Positions 18,022 through 28,623 are shown, counted from the first letter of the stretch. The stretch is DNA of 64,000 nucleotides from Candidatus Multivoradales bacterium (GCA_965223855.1 CBDCXM010000009.1:1664001-1728000); one strand, 5' to 3'. Translations and numbers: made by a program. Notes: generated by a model from the sequence alone, not told the origin.

Positions 18022-19023
18022 ATGAGATTCCCGCTCCACATCACCACCGACATGATCGGCCACCAGATGCGACAGGCGGCGCGTGGCAACCGGCGCTATC
18101 CGTTCGTGCTGATGCTCGAACCGCTCTACACCTGCAATCTCGCCTGCATCGGCTGTGCGACCGAACGGCATACGGGCAAGCTTAAGGACCGTCTGCCGGT
18201 CGAAGCGTGTCTCGAGGCGGTCGAGACCTGCGGCGCGCCGGTCGTTTCGATCTGCGGCGGCGAGCCGACGCTCTATCCCGAACTGCCGGAGCTCGTCGCC
18301 GGCATCATCGATCGCCGCCGCCACATCTACCTGTGCACCAACGCCCTGCTGCTCGACGAAACGGTGTTCGACCGGGTCGCCCCCCACAAGCGGCTGACGA
18401 TCAACGTCCACCTCGATGGACTGCGTGAGACGCACGACTACGTCTGCGCGCGCGACGGCGTGTACGACAAGGCGATCGAGATGATCGCCGCGTCCAAGGA
18501 GCGCGGCTACCACGTGCTCACGAACACGACGATCTTCAAGGAGACCGACGTCGGGGAGGTGGAGGAGCTGTGCGAGCGACTGTTCGCGCTCGGGATCGAC
18601 GGCATGCTGATCTCGCCCGGCTACCAGTACGAGAGCGTCGAGCGCGACATCTTCCTCACCCGCGAAGACATGCACGCCAAGTTCGAACGGGTGCTCGAAC
18701 TGTCGAAGCGCTACCGCCTGACGTCGACACCGATGTTCCTCGAGTTCGCCGCCGGCAAGCGCGACTACGCCTGCTCGCCGTGGAGCACCGTCACCTTCAC
18801 GCCCAACGGCTGGAAGGGACCGTGCTACCTGATCGGCAAGGGACACACCTGGTCGTGGGAGGAGTTCTGGAACGACACCGACTGGGAGTACTGGGAATCG
18901 CGCCAGGACGATCTGTGTCAGAACTGCGCCATGCACTCCGGCTTCGAGGCGTCGGTGGTGATGGACCTGCGGCGCAGCCCGCGCGACATGGCGCGCCTGG
19001 CGGCGTGGAACCTGTTCGGCTGA
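18022..19023 (+). CDS. hpnH: Adenosylhopane synthase, radical SAM
   Basis: VLMLEPLYTCNLACIGC, PVVSICGGEP, CQNCAMHSGFE; directly after shc. Confidence 0.92.
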   Translation: MRFPLHITTDMIGHQMRQAARGNRRYPFVLMLEPLYTCNLACIGCATERHTGKLKDRLPVEACLEAVETCGAPVVSICGGEPTLYPELPELVAGIIDRRRHIYLCTNALLLDETVFDRVAPHKRLTINVHLDGLRETHDYVCARDGVYDKAIEMIAASKERGYHVLTNTTIFKETDVGEVEELCERLFALGIDGMLISPGYQYESVERDIFLTREDMHAKFERVLELSKRYRLTSTPMFLEFAAGKRDYACSPWSTVTFTPNGWKGPCYLIGKGHTWSWEEFWNDTDWEYWESRQDDLCQNCAMHSGFEASVVMDLRRSPRDMARLAAWNLFG

Positions 19024-19048
19024 GCGACGTCCGGTTGCAGGAGTCGCC

Positions 19049-20035
19049 GTGAGGGTCCTCCTGACCGGTGCCTCCGGCTTCGTCGGCGGCAACCTGTTGC
19101 GTGCTCTCGAAGCGGACGGCTTCGACGTTCGCTGTCTGGTGAGAGCGACGAGCTCGCGGCGAATGCTCGAAGGCAGCTCCGCCGAGGTCGCCGAGGGCGA
19201 CCTGCGCGACCCTGAAGCGGTTCGCGCGGCAGCCGAGGGGTGTGAGCGGGTCTTTCACGTCGCCGCCGACTACCGCCTCTTCGTGCGCCACCCGCCGGAG
19301 ATGTACGCCACCAACGTCGACGGCACCGCCAACGTGCTCGCCGCGGCCGCCGACGCGGGAGTCGCGAGGGTCGTCTACACGAGTACCGTCGGCACCCTGG
19401 GGCCGATGCCGGACGACTCGCCCGCCGACGAGACTCACGACATCGGCCTCGATGCGATGGTCGGGCACTACAAGCGCAGCAAGTTCCTCGCCAAGCAGGA
19501 GGCGAAGCGGTGGGTGCGGCGCGGACTCGACGTCGTCATCGTCCACCCCTCGGCGCCGGTCGGCGAAGGGGACCACAAACCGACGGCGACGGGGAAGATC
19601 GTCCTCGACTTCCTGCGCCGGCGGATGCCGGCCTACGTCGATACCGGCCTGAATCTGGTCGACGTGCGGGACGTCGCCCGAGGCCATCTGCTGGCGGCAC
19701 GGCGTGGCAGGAGCGGGGAGGAGTACATCCTCGGCGGCCGCAACATGACGCTGTCCGAGATCCTCGAAGCGCTCGCCGACATCACCGGCCTGCCGGCGCC
19801 GAAGCGACGGCTGCCGCACTGGCTGCCGCTGTCGCTGGCTTACGTCGACACGGCGATCAGTCGGCTTCTGCCGCGCGAGCCGTGGCTCGCCCTCGAGGCG
19901 CTGCAACTCGCCCGCCACAAGATGTACTTCGACAGCGGGAAGGCCGAGCGAGAGCTCGGCTACGCGCCCGGGCCGCCCGAGGCGGCACTCGAGCGGGCGG
20001 TCGACTGGTATCGCGAGCACGGCTACGTCACATGA
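19049..20035 (+). CDS. hpnA: Hopanoid-associated NAD-dependent epimerase/dehydratase
   Basis: TGASGFVG, FHVAADYRL, YKRSK, MPAYVDTGLNLVDVRD. Confidence 0.93.
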   Translation: MRVLLTGASGFVGGNLLRALEADGFDVRCLVRATSSRRMLEGSSAEVAEGDLRDPEAVRAAAEGCERVFHVAADYRLFVRHPPEMYATNVDGTANVLAAAADAGVARVVYTSTVGTLGPMPDDSPADETHDIGLDAMVGHYKRSKFLAKQEAKRWVRRGLDVVIVHPSAPVGEGDHKPTATGKIVLDFLRRRMPAYVDTGLNLVDVRDVARGHLLAARRGRSGEEYILGGRNMTLSEILEALADITGLPAPKRRLPHWLPLSLAYVDTAISRLLPREPWLALEALQLARHKMYFDSGKAERELGYAPGPPEAALERAVDWYREHGYVT

Positions 20036-20751
20036 CGGTCGTCGTCGTCGCGGCGATGCCGGAGGAGATGGAGCCGCTGGCGAAGGCCGCTGGAGCCCGC
20101 GCGCCGCATACGGGAGCGGTGGTCGAGGGGGTCCTCGGCAGCCGCCGGTTGCTGCTGACGGTGACGGGGGAGGGGAGCACGGCAGCCACCGCCGCGCTCG
20201 ATACCGTGCTGCGGTCGGCCGAAGCCGACTGCGTCCTCGGAATCGGAGTGGGCGGTGGACTGACCGCGGGCCTCGGCAGTGCCGAGCTGGTGGTCGCTCG
20301 ACGGGTGGTCGAGGCGGAAACGGGGGCGGAGCATCACACCGGCGCAACGCCCTGGTCGGCCCGGGCGCTGGCCGCACCGGGCGTTCATGTCGGCTCGATC
20401 GTCAGCGTGACCGAGATTCTCTCGACTCACCGCCAGAAGGCGGCGATCGCGCCGCTCGCCGCCGGTGAGGCCGCCGTCGTCGATCTCGAAAGTTGGTCGT
20501 GGGCCGACACCAGCCTCCGCCATGGGGTGCCGTGCGCCGTCGCCAAGTGCGTCTGCGATCCGTTGGAGGAGGACCTGCCGCTCGACTTCGAGCGTCTGCG
20601 GGGCCCGTCCGGGACGGTCGATCGCCGACGGGTGATCGCTCACGCCCTGCCGCGGCCGACGTTGTGGCCGGCGTTGCGACGACTGGAACGGACGGTAGGC
20701 GAAGGGGCGCGGGCGACCGCGGACTGGGTGCGCTTCGTGGTCTCGCCGTGA
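20032..20751 (+). CDS. hpnG: Hopanoid-associated nucleoside phosphorylase (HpnG-like)
   Basis: ATGA overlap with hpnA; AAMPEEM, GIGVGGGL, VDLES, D..EEDLPLDF (PNP/MTAN fold); cluster context. Confidence 0.72.
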   Translation: MTVVVVAAMPEEMEPLAKAAGARAPHTGAVVEGVLGSRRLLLTVTGEGSTAATAALDTVLRSAEADCVLGIGVGGGLTAGLGSAELVVARRVVEAETGAEHHTGATPWSARALAAPGVHVGSIVSVTEILSTHRQKAAIAPLAAGEAAVVDLESWSWADTSLRHGVPCAVAKCVCDPLEEDLPLDFERLRGPSGTVDRRRVIAHALPRPTLWPALRRLERTVGEGARATADWVRFVVSP

Positions 20752-20762
20752 GAGGGCCCCGG

Positions 20763-22169
20763 ATGGGGAGACGTGCCCTTGGATTGGCGTGGACCCTGTT
20801 CGTGGGTGCCGGCCTCGCGCTCGCGCCGTCGGCCGGGGCGGACGGCCGGGCCGATCCTCCGGCTGGCTCGCGGCCGGAGCGCACCCTCCTGGTCGTCCTC
20901 GACGCGGTGCCTTTCGAGGTTGCCCGCGAGGCGATCGACGAAGGAAGCCTGCCGGGCCTGGCGGCGCCGGTCCCGCTGGTGAGCACCTTCCCTTCCACCA
21001 CCAGCGTTGCGCTGCCGGCGATCTTCGAACGTCTCGGCATGGGGCGCTCGCCCGGCTACGAAGCGCGGTTCTTCGATTGGACCCGCGGCCGTCGTCGCGG
21101 CGGTGGCCCCGCCAGCTACTTCAGGATCCACTTCCCGTGGCGGGAGTTCTTCGACTGGCGGCGTCCGGGACCGTTCGCCAACGCCGTGCACGCGCTGCGG
21201 CCGATCCGCGCCGGCGTGCGCGAGTTCGAGCGCGCGCTCGCCGCCTTCGCCGGGAGCGACCAGCCGCTCTTCACCATCTACCTGGCGGACACCGACACCG
21301 CCGGCCATCTCTCGGGGCCGGCCGGTCTCCTCGCCATGGTCCGGAATCTCGGCACGGCGCTCGAGCGAACGAGGCGCGCCGAAGAGTCTCGCGGAAGGTC
21401 GTTCCGAGCCGTCCTCCTTTCGGACCACGGCCTTGCCGGCGGGCGGCCGCTTCGCAACGTGCTGCCGCCGATGAAGAGGCGATTGATCGCCGACGGCTGG
21501 CGCCTCTCGACCCGACGCCTCGCCGGGCCGCGACAGGTCGTCCTCACTCCGTACGGGCTGGTCTCGAGCTTCGAGGCCTACGTGGAGCCGGGTCTCGAGA
21601 CTGAGCTGGCGGGCACGCTCGCCGCTGTCGAGGGGGTGGATCTTTGCGCGGCCCCGAGGGGCGACGGCTGGCGGATCGAGGCTGGTGGGGCGCGCATCGA
21701 TTTCGCGAGAGACGGCTCCGACGGCTGGCGGTGGTCCCTCTCCGGCGATCGCGAGGGAGCTCTGCCGACGCTGCTCGATTCCGTGGCTCCGGAGGGCTCG
21801 ATGGTTTCCGCGCAGCGGCTGCTGAAGGCGACCGCGAGGAGCCCCTACCCGGATCCCCTGGTGCGTATCGCGGAGGCGTTCGACGGCGTCGACAACCCTG
21901 CATCGGTGGTCTGTTCGCTGGCGAATGGGCACCTTTTCGGTGCGCGGGGGACCGAGCGCGCCGCCCGCTGGACCAAGGGCGCTCTTCAGTGGACCCATGG
22001 CGCGCTCGGGGACGAGGCTTCTCTCGGGTTCCTGGCGGTCGATCGCTGGCCCGCCGAGCCTCCGGCGGTGCTGCGCTACGATCAGGCGCTCGCGGTGGCC
22101 CTGTCGCCGGCGCTGCTGGCAGCGCGGACTTCTCGCCCCACCGCATTGTTCACCGGACCCCTCAGGTAG
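20763..22169 (+). CDS. Exported alkaline phosphatase superfamily protein
   Basis: Signal peptide; LVVLDAVP, STFPSTT, DTAGH, LSDHG, THG metal-ligand motifs. Confidence 0.8.
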   Translation: MGRRALGLAWTLFVGAGLALAPSAGADGRADPPAGSRPERTLLVVLDAVPFEVAREAIDEGSLPGLAAPVPLVSTFPSTTSVALPAIFERLGMGRSPGYEARFFDWTRGRRRGGGPASYFRIHFPWREFFDWRRPGPFANAVHALRPIRAGVREFERALAAFAGSDQPLFTIYLADTDTAGHLSGPAGLLAMVRNLGTALERTRRAEESRGRSFRAVLLSDHGLAGGRPLRNVLPPMKRRLIADGWRLSTRRLAGPRQVVLTPYGLVSSFEAYVEPGLETELAGTLAAVEGVDLCAAPRGDGWRIEAGGARIDFARDGSDGWRWSLSGDREGALPTLLDSVAPEGSMVSAQRLLKATARSPYPDPLVRIAEAFDGVDNPASVVCSLANGHLFGARGTERAARWTKGALQWTHGALGDEASLGFLAVDRWPAEPPAVLRYDQALAVALSPALLAARTSRPTALFTGPLR

Positions 22170-22334
22170 GCCGCATGACACTGAACCTGTTTCGTTTTCC
22201 GGCCGCCGCGCTCCTCGACGTGGCTCCGGCAATGTCTGTGGTGCTCGCGACCGGAGTCGCATCTTCAGCAACCTGCGACCTGCGAGAGCACAGTGGCGCG
22301 AGAGGCCCGCGCTAGGTTCGCGAGCGAGCCGACC

Positions 22335-23396
22335 ATGAGAGATGACGCCGCATCGAACCAGGCTCCCTCCGAGGGCGCCGCAACGATCGACGCTGATCGC
22401 GACCGCAAGGCCGAGCACATCGAGCTGGCGCTCGATCCGGCGGTAGAGCTGCTGCCCTCGGCATTCGACGGCTGGCGGCTCGAGCATCAGGCACTGCCGG
22501 AAATCGACATGGCGGCGATCGACAGCTCGATGAGCTGGCTCGGTCGGCGGTTGCGAGCGCCGCTGCTCGTGTCGTGCATGACCGGCGGCACGGCACAGGC
22601 GGCGTCGATCAACGAGAACCTTGCGCGGGCAGCGGAGACCGTGGGCGTCGCCCTGGGAGTCGGCTCGCAGCGCAAGGCGATCGAGGAGCCAGAGCTCGCA
22701 GCGACCTACGAGGTGCGTCGATGGGCTCCCTCGGTGCCGATCGTCGCCAACCTGGGAGCCGTGCAGCTCAACTACGGCTACGGCGTCGATCAATGCAGGG
22801 CCGCCGTCGAGATGGTCGATGCCGACGCGCTGGCGCTGCACCTCAACCCACTGCAGGAAGCGATCCAGCCCGAGGGACAGACGGACTTCTCCGGCCTCGC
22901 CGAACGGATCGCCGAAGTGGTCGCGGCGCTCGAGGTGCCGGTGATCGTCAAGGAGGTCGGCAGCGGGCTTTCGGCCTCGACGGTGCGGCGGCTCTATCGG
23001 TCCGGGATCCGGCACTTCGACACGGCGGGGCTCGGTGGCACCAGCTGGTCCCGGATCGAGGGAGCGCGCGCCGGCGACCGGCCGCTGGGGGAGCTCTTCG
23101 CCGACTGGGGTGTGCCGACCGTCGAGTCGCTGGAGGCCCTGACGCGCTACGACGATGTGACGGTGATCGCGAGCGGCGGAGTGAGGAGCGGTCTCGACAT
23201 CGCCAAGGCGCTCGCCCTCGGCGCCGACCTCGCCGGTCTCGCGCGGCCCTATCTCGGCCCGGCGACGGAGTCGGCGAGCGCGGTCGAGGAGGCGCTGCGA
23301 CGCACCGTGCGTGAGCTCCGGATCGCCATGTTCTGCAGTGGCGCGCTGAATCTCGACGCGCTCGGCAGGGTGGCGATCGAGCCGCTCGGTGGTTGA
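22335..23396 (+). CDS. fni: Type 2 isopentenyl-diphosphate delta-isomerase
   Basis: RKAEHI, MTGG, GVGSQR, HLNPLQEAIQPEG, KEVGSG, GGTSW, ASGGVRSG. Confidence 0.96.
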   Translation: MRDDAASNQAPSEGAATIDADRDRKAEHIELALDPAVELLPSAFDGWRLEHQALPEIDMAAIDSSMSWLGRRLRAPLLVSCMTGGTAQAASINENLARAAETVGVALGVGSQRKAIEEPELAATYEVRRWAPSVPIVANLGAVQLNYGYGVDQCRAAVEMVDADALALHLNPLQEAIQPEGQTDFSGLAERIAEVVAALEVPVIVKEVGSGLSASTVRRLYRSGIRHFDTAGLGGTSWSRIEGARAGDRPLGELFADWGVPTVESLEALTRYDDVTVIASGGVRSGLDIAKALALGADLAGLARPYLGPATESASAVEEALRRTVRELRIAMFCSGALNLDALGRVAIEPLGG

Positions 23397-23456
23397 CCGG
23401 GCGGCTGTCCGGAGGGTCGACCGGACAGCGGCCTGACGCGGTACGCTTTCATCGCG

Positions 23457-24413
23457 ATGAGCGAGCCTTCAGGGACCAGTGTCCGGCGGCTGTCGGAAGA
23501 GGAGCGCCGAGCGCTCCTGCACGACCTGCTGGTTCGCACGAGCCGCACCTTCGCGCTGGCGATCCCGCTTCTGCCGCGGCCGGTCGATCGGCAGGTGACG
23601 GCGGCCTATCTGCTGTTCCGCATCGCCGACACTTTCGAGGATGCGACGGTCCTGTGGTCGCGCGAGCGCCGTCTCGAGGCGCTGGGTGACTTCGATGCGT
23701 TGCTCGCCTCTCCCGAAGAAGAGCGTGCGACGGTGCTGGCCGAGCGCTGGCTCGAGCGGGCGCCCAGCGATCACGAGGGTTACGTCGACCTGCTCCGCCA
23801 CACGCCGGAGGTGGTCGTGGAGCTGCTGGCCATGGACGAGGCGCCGAGACAGGTCATCGCGCACCACACGCGGCGCACCGCGCAGGGGATGGCTGACTTC
23901 GTGCGACGGCTCGTCGAAGGGGGTGAGTTGGCGCTCGGCGATCTCGCCGATCTGCGGCGCTATTGTTACGTCGTCGCCGGCATCGTCGGGGAGATGCTGA
24001 CCGAGCTGTTCCTTCTCGCCTTCGACCCGCTCACCCCGCGTGCCGGGGAACTGCGCAGCCGGGCGGCGGCCTTCGGCGAGGGGCTGCAACTGGTGAACGT
24101 GCTCAAGGATTCGGCGGCAGATCGCGACGAGGGGCGGGTGTTCGTGTCGTCCTCGACCTCTCGCGCCGAGGTCTTCGCCCTCGCTCGCCGCGATCTCGAG
24201 GATGCTGCCGAGTACTGCCGCATCCTGCAATCGGCAGGAGCGCCGCGCGGGGCGACCGCTTTCACCGCCTCTCCGGTGGCGCTCGCCCGAGCGGCGCTCG
24301 ACCGCATCGAGCGGGACGGTCCGGGCGCGAAGCTGACGCGACCCGAGGTGCTGATGCTGCATGCGAAGGTGCAGGCTGCTCTGACGGCGGGCAGGCCGGT
24401 CCTGCGATGGTAG
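23457..24413 (+). CDS. Squalene synthase-type head-to-head prenyltransferase
   Basis: TSRTFALAI, YLLFRIADTFED, YCYVVAGIVG, GLQLVNVLKD, DEGR. Confidence 0.88.
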   Translation: MSEPSGTSVRRLSEEERRALLHDLLVRTSRTFALAIPLLPRPVDRQVTAAYLLFRIADTFEDATVLWSRERRLEALGDFDALLASPEEERATVLAERWLERAPSDHEGYVDLLRHTPEVVVELLAMDEAPRQVIAHHTRRTAQGMADFVRRLVEGGELALGDLADLRRYCYVVAGIVGEMLTELFLLAFDPLTPRAGELRSRAAAFGEGLQLVNVLKDSAADRDEGRVFVSSSTSRAEVFALARRDLEDAAEYCRILQSAGAPRGATAFTASPVALARAALDRIERDGPGAKLTRPEVLMLHAKVQAALTAGRPVLRW

Positions 24414-24498
24414 GCGCTTCGACCGGGCGAGCCTGGAGCGGGGCGCTCGTCGCCGGGAACCGCAACACCGACTGCGCGTTTTCGTAGTCAGGGGAGCG

Positions 24499-26658
24499 AT
24501 GAGTCTCAGAACCAAGATCATCGTCTGGTTCCTGCTGCTCTCGGTCGTGCCGCTGGCGGCGATCGTCTCCTACTCCTACCTGTCGTCGAACAGCGCGCTG
24601 CGGCGGGCGGTCCTTTCCGAGAGCTGGGAGATGGCCGCCGGGTTGCGGCAGCAGATGGAATCGACGCGCCAGGACCTGCGGGAGCGAGTGGAGGGCTTGC
24701 ACGGCCTGCCCTGGGAGAGCCTGCTCGAGGCGTCGGTCGAGGGTGGGACGCCGCTCTATTCCGAGCGTTTCGAGGAGATGCTGGTCGACCTCGCGCCGTT
24801 CGTCGATACCCTGGAGTTCATCCCCTCACCACCGGAGGTGAGCGAGCGGCCGGAACCGCAGGCGCCGCCGGTCGCCCCTACTCCCGGGCCGGCTTCCGCG
24901 CCGACCCCCACCCCGACTCCCTCACGGGCGCCATCGGCCGGCGTCGTCACCGGGGTCGTGGCGACGGTAGAAGGGTTCGACGAGTTCGAGGAGTTCGAGT
25001 TCGAGCCGCTGGTGATCGAACTCGAGTCGTTCCTCCACAGCTCCGAAGAGGATCTCGAGAAGGCGTGGAAGCGGGACGACCTCCTGAGCGAAGTGCACGC
25101 CTCGGCGCTGCGGGGTGTGGACGTCGACATCGCCGCCGACGCGCTGTCGGAGGTGCGTCGCTCGCTCGAGGCGCTCGAACTGACCGGCGAGCGAACCACC
25201 AGCGAGGAGGCGAAGAAGAAGATCGCCAGCATCCGTGCCAAGGCGTTCAAGCGGCTGTCGAGCCTGCGCGAGGAAGAGGTCGCGCGGCGCAAGGAGCTGC
25301 GCGAGCGCTCGGAGCAGGTCATGGGAGCGAGCTACGACTGCCCCGTCGAGATCGAGGGAGAGACCGTCGGCAGCCTGCGGGCGAGCGTGCTGGCCAACCG
25401 GGTCGTCTCGCAGGTCCTGTCGGAAACAGACCGCGGACAGGGCGAGATCCCCTTCGCCTTCGATCGCGACGACCGGATCTATCTCGCGCAACAGGACGAC
25501 CTCGCCGCGCTGGAGCGCGCCGGGCTGGTCGGCAACGGGCGCTACCTCGACGCCGAGGCTTCGCCCGACTACGTCGTCGCCTATCTGAACGACGAGGAGT
25601 CCGATCTCACCTTCGGCATCGCGCGACCGATCCGCGAGTCGGTGCGCGAGCTGAGGCGGACCGCCGGTCGCAACTTCGGTCTGGGGTTCGGCCTCGTCGG
25701 ACTGGCGCTGATCGGTGTCGTTCCCCTGTCACGGCGGATCACCCGCGACCTCGAGGAGCTGACCGCCGGTTCCGAGCACATCGCCAGCGGCAACTGGGAC
25801 GTGAGAGTCCCGGTGCGCTCGCGAGACGAGGTCGGCCAGCTGGCGCAGTCGTTCAACCGGATGGCGGGCGAGCTCGTAGAGAACCAGCAGCGGCTGGTCG
25901 ACACCCAGCTCCAACAGCAGCTGCTCGAGGTGGAGAACGAGCGTCGCGGACGGGAGCTCGAGGAGGCACGACAGTTCCAGCTCTCGCTGCTGCCGAAAGA
26001 CCTGCCGAGGCATCCCGATCTCGAGGTGGCGGTCTTCATGCGCACGGCGACCGAGGTCGGCGGCGACTACTACGACTTCAAACTCGAGGAAGAGGGTGCG
26101 CTGACGGCGGTGATCGGCGACGCCACGGGTCACGGCGCCAAGGCGGGCACCATGGTCACCGTCATCAAGAGCCTCTTCACCGCCTGGTGGGGCGGCGACA
26201 AGCTGGTGCGCTTTCTCGATGCTGCCGCCGACTCGATCCGCGCCATGCGGCTCGGTCGGATGGCGATGGCGCTGATGCTCGCCAGGATCGACGGCAGGCG
26301 GCTTACCGTGTCGTCGGCAGGGATGCCGCCACTTCTGATCTGCCGCGCCGGTGGCGCGGTGGAGGAGGTCGCTCTTTCCGGCCTGCCGCTGGGCGGGATG
26401 GCGAACCCGTCTTACGATGAGCGTCAGGTCGAGCTCTCGCCGGGCGACACCATCCTGCTCCTGAGCGACGGCCTGCCGGAGCTGCCGAACGCCGCCGGCG
26501 AGCCGTTCGGCTACGAGCGTGTCCATCGCGCCTTCGAGCGGGCCTGTGCGGAAACCCCGCAGGGGGTCATCGAGAAGCTGGCGGCCGCCGCTCGCGAATG
26601 GGCGCCGGGGGCACCCGCCGACGACATCACGTTCGTCGTGCTCCGTCTCGAGACGTAG
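24499..26658 (+). CDS. Membrane HAMP + SpoIIE (PP2C) phosphatase
   Basis: Two TM segments, HAMP (RDEVGQLAQSFNRM), EVGGDYYD, GDATGHG, SDGLPE, DDITF. Confidence 0.92.
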   Translation: MSLRTKIIVWFLLLSVVPLAAIVSYSYLSSNSALRRAVLSESWEMAAGLRQQMESTRQDLRERVEGLHGLPWESLLEASVEGGTPLYSERFEEMLVDLAPFVDTLEFIPSPPEVSERPEPQAPPVAPTPGPASAPTPTPTPSRAPSAGVVTGVVATVEGFDEFEEFEFEPLVIELESFLHSSEEDLEKAWKRDDLLSEVHASALRGVDVDIAADALSEVRRSLEALELTGERTTSEEAKKKIASIRAKAFKRLSSLREEEVARRKELRERSEQVMGASYDCPVEIEGETVGSLRASVLANRVVSQVLSETDRGQGEIPFAFDRDDRIYLAQQDDLAALERAGLVGNGRYLDAEASPDYVVAYLNDEESDLTFGIARPIRESVRELRRTAGRNFGLGFGLVGLALIGVVPLSRRITRDLEELTAGSEHIASGNWDVRVPVRSRDEVGQLAQSFNRMAGELVENQQRLVDTQLQQQLLEVENERRGRELEEARQFQLSLLPKDLPRHPDLEVAVFMRTATEVGGDYYDFKLEEEGALTAVIGDATGHGAKAGTMVTVIKSLFTAWWGGDKLVRFLDAAADSIRAMRLGRMAMALMLARIDGRRLTVSSAGMPPLLICRAGGAVEEVALSGLPLGGMANPSYDERQVELSPGDTILLLSDGLPELPNAAGEPFGYERVHRAFERACAETPQGVIEKLAAAAREWAPGAPADDITFVVLRLET

Positions 26659-26724
26659 CCGGGCCGGCGAGCCACCCTCGCGCCGCCTCGGGGTGGCCGA
26701 GAAGTTCAGGCTACACTCCGCGCC

Positions 26725-28548
26725 GTGAACGACCGTGCGCTGCCAGCTTCCGCGTTGCCGGATCTGCGGGCCTTCCTCGATCTGCTGCGCCGGCGCGGCG
26801 ATCTGGTCGAAGTGAGCGCCCCGGTCGATGCCGATCAGGAGGTCGCAGAGATCCATCGACGGGTCATCGCCGCGGGCGGGCCGGCGCTGCTCTTCACCGG
26901 CGTTCGGGGCGCCGACTTCCCGCTGGTGACGAACCTCTACGGCACCGCGGGGAGGGCCGAGGCGGCCTTCGGTCGGCGGCCGTTCGAGGTCGTGAGGCGG
27001 GTGGCCGAACTGCCGCAGGAGCTGATGCCGCCGTCGCTCGGTCGCCTCTGGGGCGCCCGCGATCTGGCGCTCGATCTGCTCAAGGTCGGTATGAAGCGTC
27101 GTTCGCGGGGCGCGGTGCGGGAGCGCACCATGGCGCCGGCGCGTCTCGACCGGTTGCCGGCACTCACGACCTGGCCGGAGGACGGCGGGCCGTTCCTCAC
27201 CCTGCCGACCGTCTACACCGAGCATCCCGACGGTCTCGGCCACAACCTCGGCATGTACCGGATGCAGGTCCACGACGCCACGACGACCGGGATGCACTGG
27301 CAGATCGGCAAGGGGGGCGGCTTCCACCACGCCGCCGCCCGAGAGCGTGGCGAGCCGTTACCGGTGACCGTCTTTCTCGGCGGCCCACCCGCCCTCGTCC
27401 TGGCGGCGATCGCACCGCTACCAGAGAATGTGCCGGAACTGCTCCTCGCGTCGCTGCTGGCCGGTCGCAGGCTACCGCTGTGCGATGGAGACGGCGCCCA
27501 CGCTCTGCTGGCCGATGCCGAGTTCGCGCTCGAGGGGAGCGTGGCGCCGGAGACACAGCGAGCCGAAGGGCCGTTCGGCGACCACTACGGCTACTACTCG
27601 CTGCGCCACGACTACCCGGTGTTCGAGGTCGATCGGGTTCATCACCGTGCGGATGCGATCCTGCCGGCGACGGTGGTCGGCAAGCCGCGGCAGGAGGACT
27701 TCTTCATCGGCGATCTCCTTCAGGAGCTTCTGGCGCCTCTATTTCCGCTGGTGATGCCCGGCGTCCGCGACCTTTGGTCGTACGGCGAGACCGGCTACCA
27801 CTCGCTGTCGGCGGCGGTCGTGCGCGAGCGATACAAGCGTGAGGCGATGGCGAGTGCCTTCCGCATCCTCGGCGAGGGGCAGCTCTCGCTCACCAAGTTC
27901 CTGCTGGTGATCGATGCGCCTCGCGACCTGAAGGACTTCCGCGGCACCCTGGAGCACCTGCTCGAGCGGACCCGCCCCGAGACCGATCTCTTCGTGCTCA
28001 GCAACCTGTCGATGGACACCCTCGACTATGCCGGTCCGGCGGTGAACGAAGGTTCGAAGGGGGTATGGCTCGGGCTCGGGGAGCCGGTGCGCGACCTGCC
28101 GGGAGCGTTCGAGGCCGAACAGCTCCCGGAAGGGGTGGCGAGGGTCGAGGTCTACTGCCGCGGCTGCGTCGTCGTCGAGGGTCGGTCGAAGGGCGAGGAC
28201 CCCGGCCTGGGGGCCCGCGTCGCGACCCACCCCGCCTTCGCCGACTGGCCGCTCGTGGTGCTGAGCGACGAGGCGCGCCGCGCCGCCGTGAGCGACGCGA
28301 ACTTCCTGTGGACGACCTTCACCCGCTTCGACCCGGCGACCGACCTCACCGCCGCCCGCGTCGAGCTGACGCGCAATCACCTCGGCTACACGCCGCCGGT
28401 GGTGATCGACGCCCGGCTGCGGGACGGCTTCCCGGACGAGCTCTTCTGTGCGCCGGAAATCGCCCGGCGGGTGAGCGAGCGTTGGAAGGAGTACTTCCCC
28501 GACGGCACGGTCGAGATGGGCGACTCCGATCGCGCCCATCTGACGTGA
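26725..28548 (+). CDS. UbiD family (prFMN-dependent) decarboxylase
   Basis: NLGMYRMQ, EGPFGDHYGYY, TVVGKPRQED. Confidence 0.92.
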   Translation: MNDRALPASALPDLRAFLDLLRRRGDLVEVSAPVDADQEVAEIHRRVIAAGGPALLFTGVRGADFPLVTNLYGTAGRAEAAFGRRPFEVVRRVAELPQELMPPSLGRLWGARDLALDLLKVGMKRRSRGAVRERTMAPARLDRLPALTTWPEDGGPFLTLPTVYTEHPDGLGHNLGMYRMQVHDATTTGMHWQIGKGGGFHHAAARERGEPLPVTVFLGGPPALVLAAIAPLPENVPELLLASLLAGRRLPLCDGDGAHALLADAEFALEGSVAPETQRAEGPFGDHYGYYSLRHDYPVFEVDRVHHRADAILPATVVGKPRQEDFFIGDLLQELLAPLFPLVMPGVRDLWSYGETGYHSLSAAVVRERYKREAMASAFRILGEGQLSLTKFLLVIDAPRDLKDFRGTLEHLLERTRPETDLFVLSNLSMDTLDYAGPAVNEGSKGVWLGLGEPVRDLPGAFEAEQLPEGVARVEVYCRGCVVVEGRSKGEDPGLGARVATHPAFADWPLVVLSDEARRAAVSDANFLWTTFTRFDPATDLTAARVELTRNHLGYTPPVVIDARLRDGFPDELFCAPEIARRVSERWKEYFPDGTVEMGDSDRAHLT

Positions 28549-28623
28549 GCTCTTCGAGCCGGGCCTGCCAGGACACACCGGCGTGAGGGTTCCGGGCCAG
28601 ACCCGCCATAGAATGCCCGCTCC

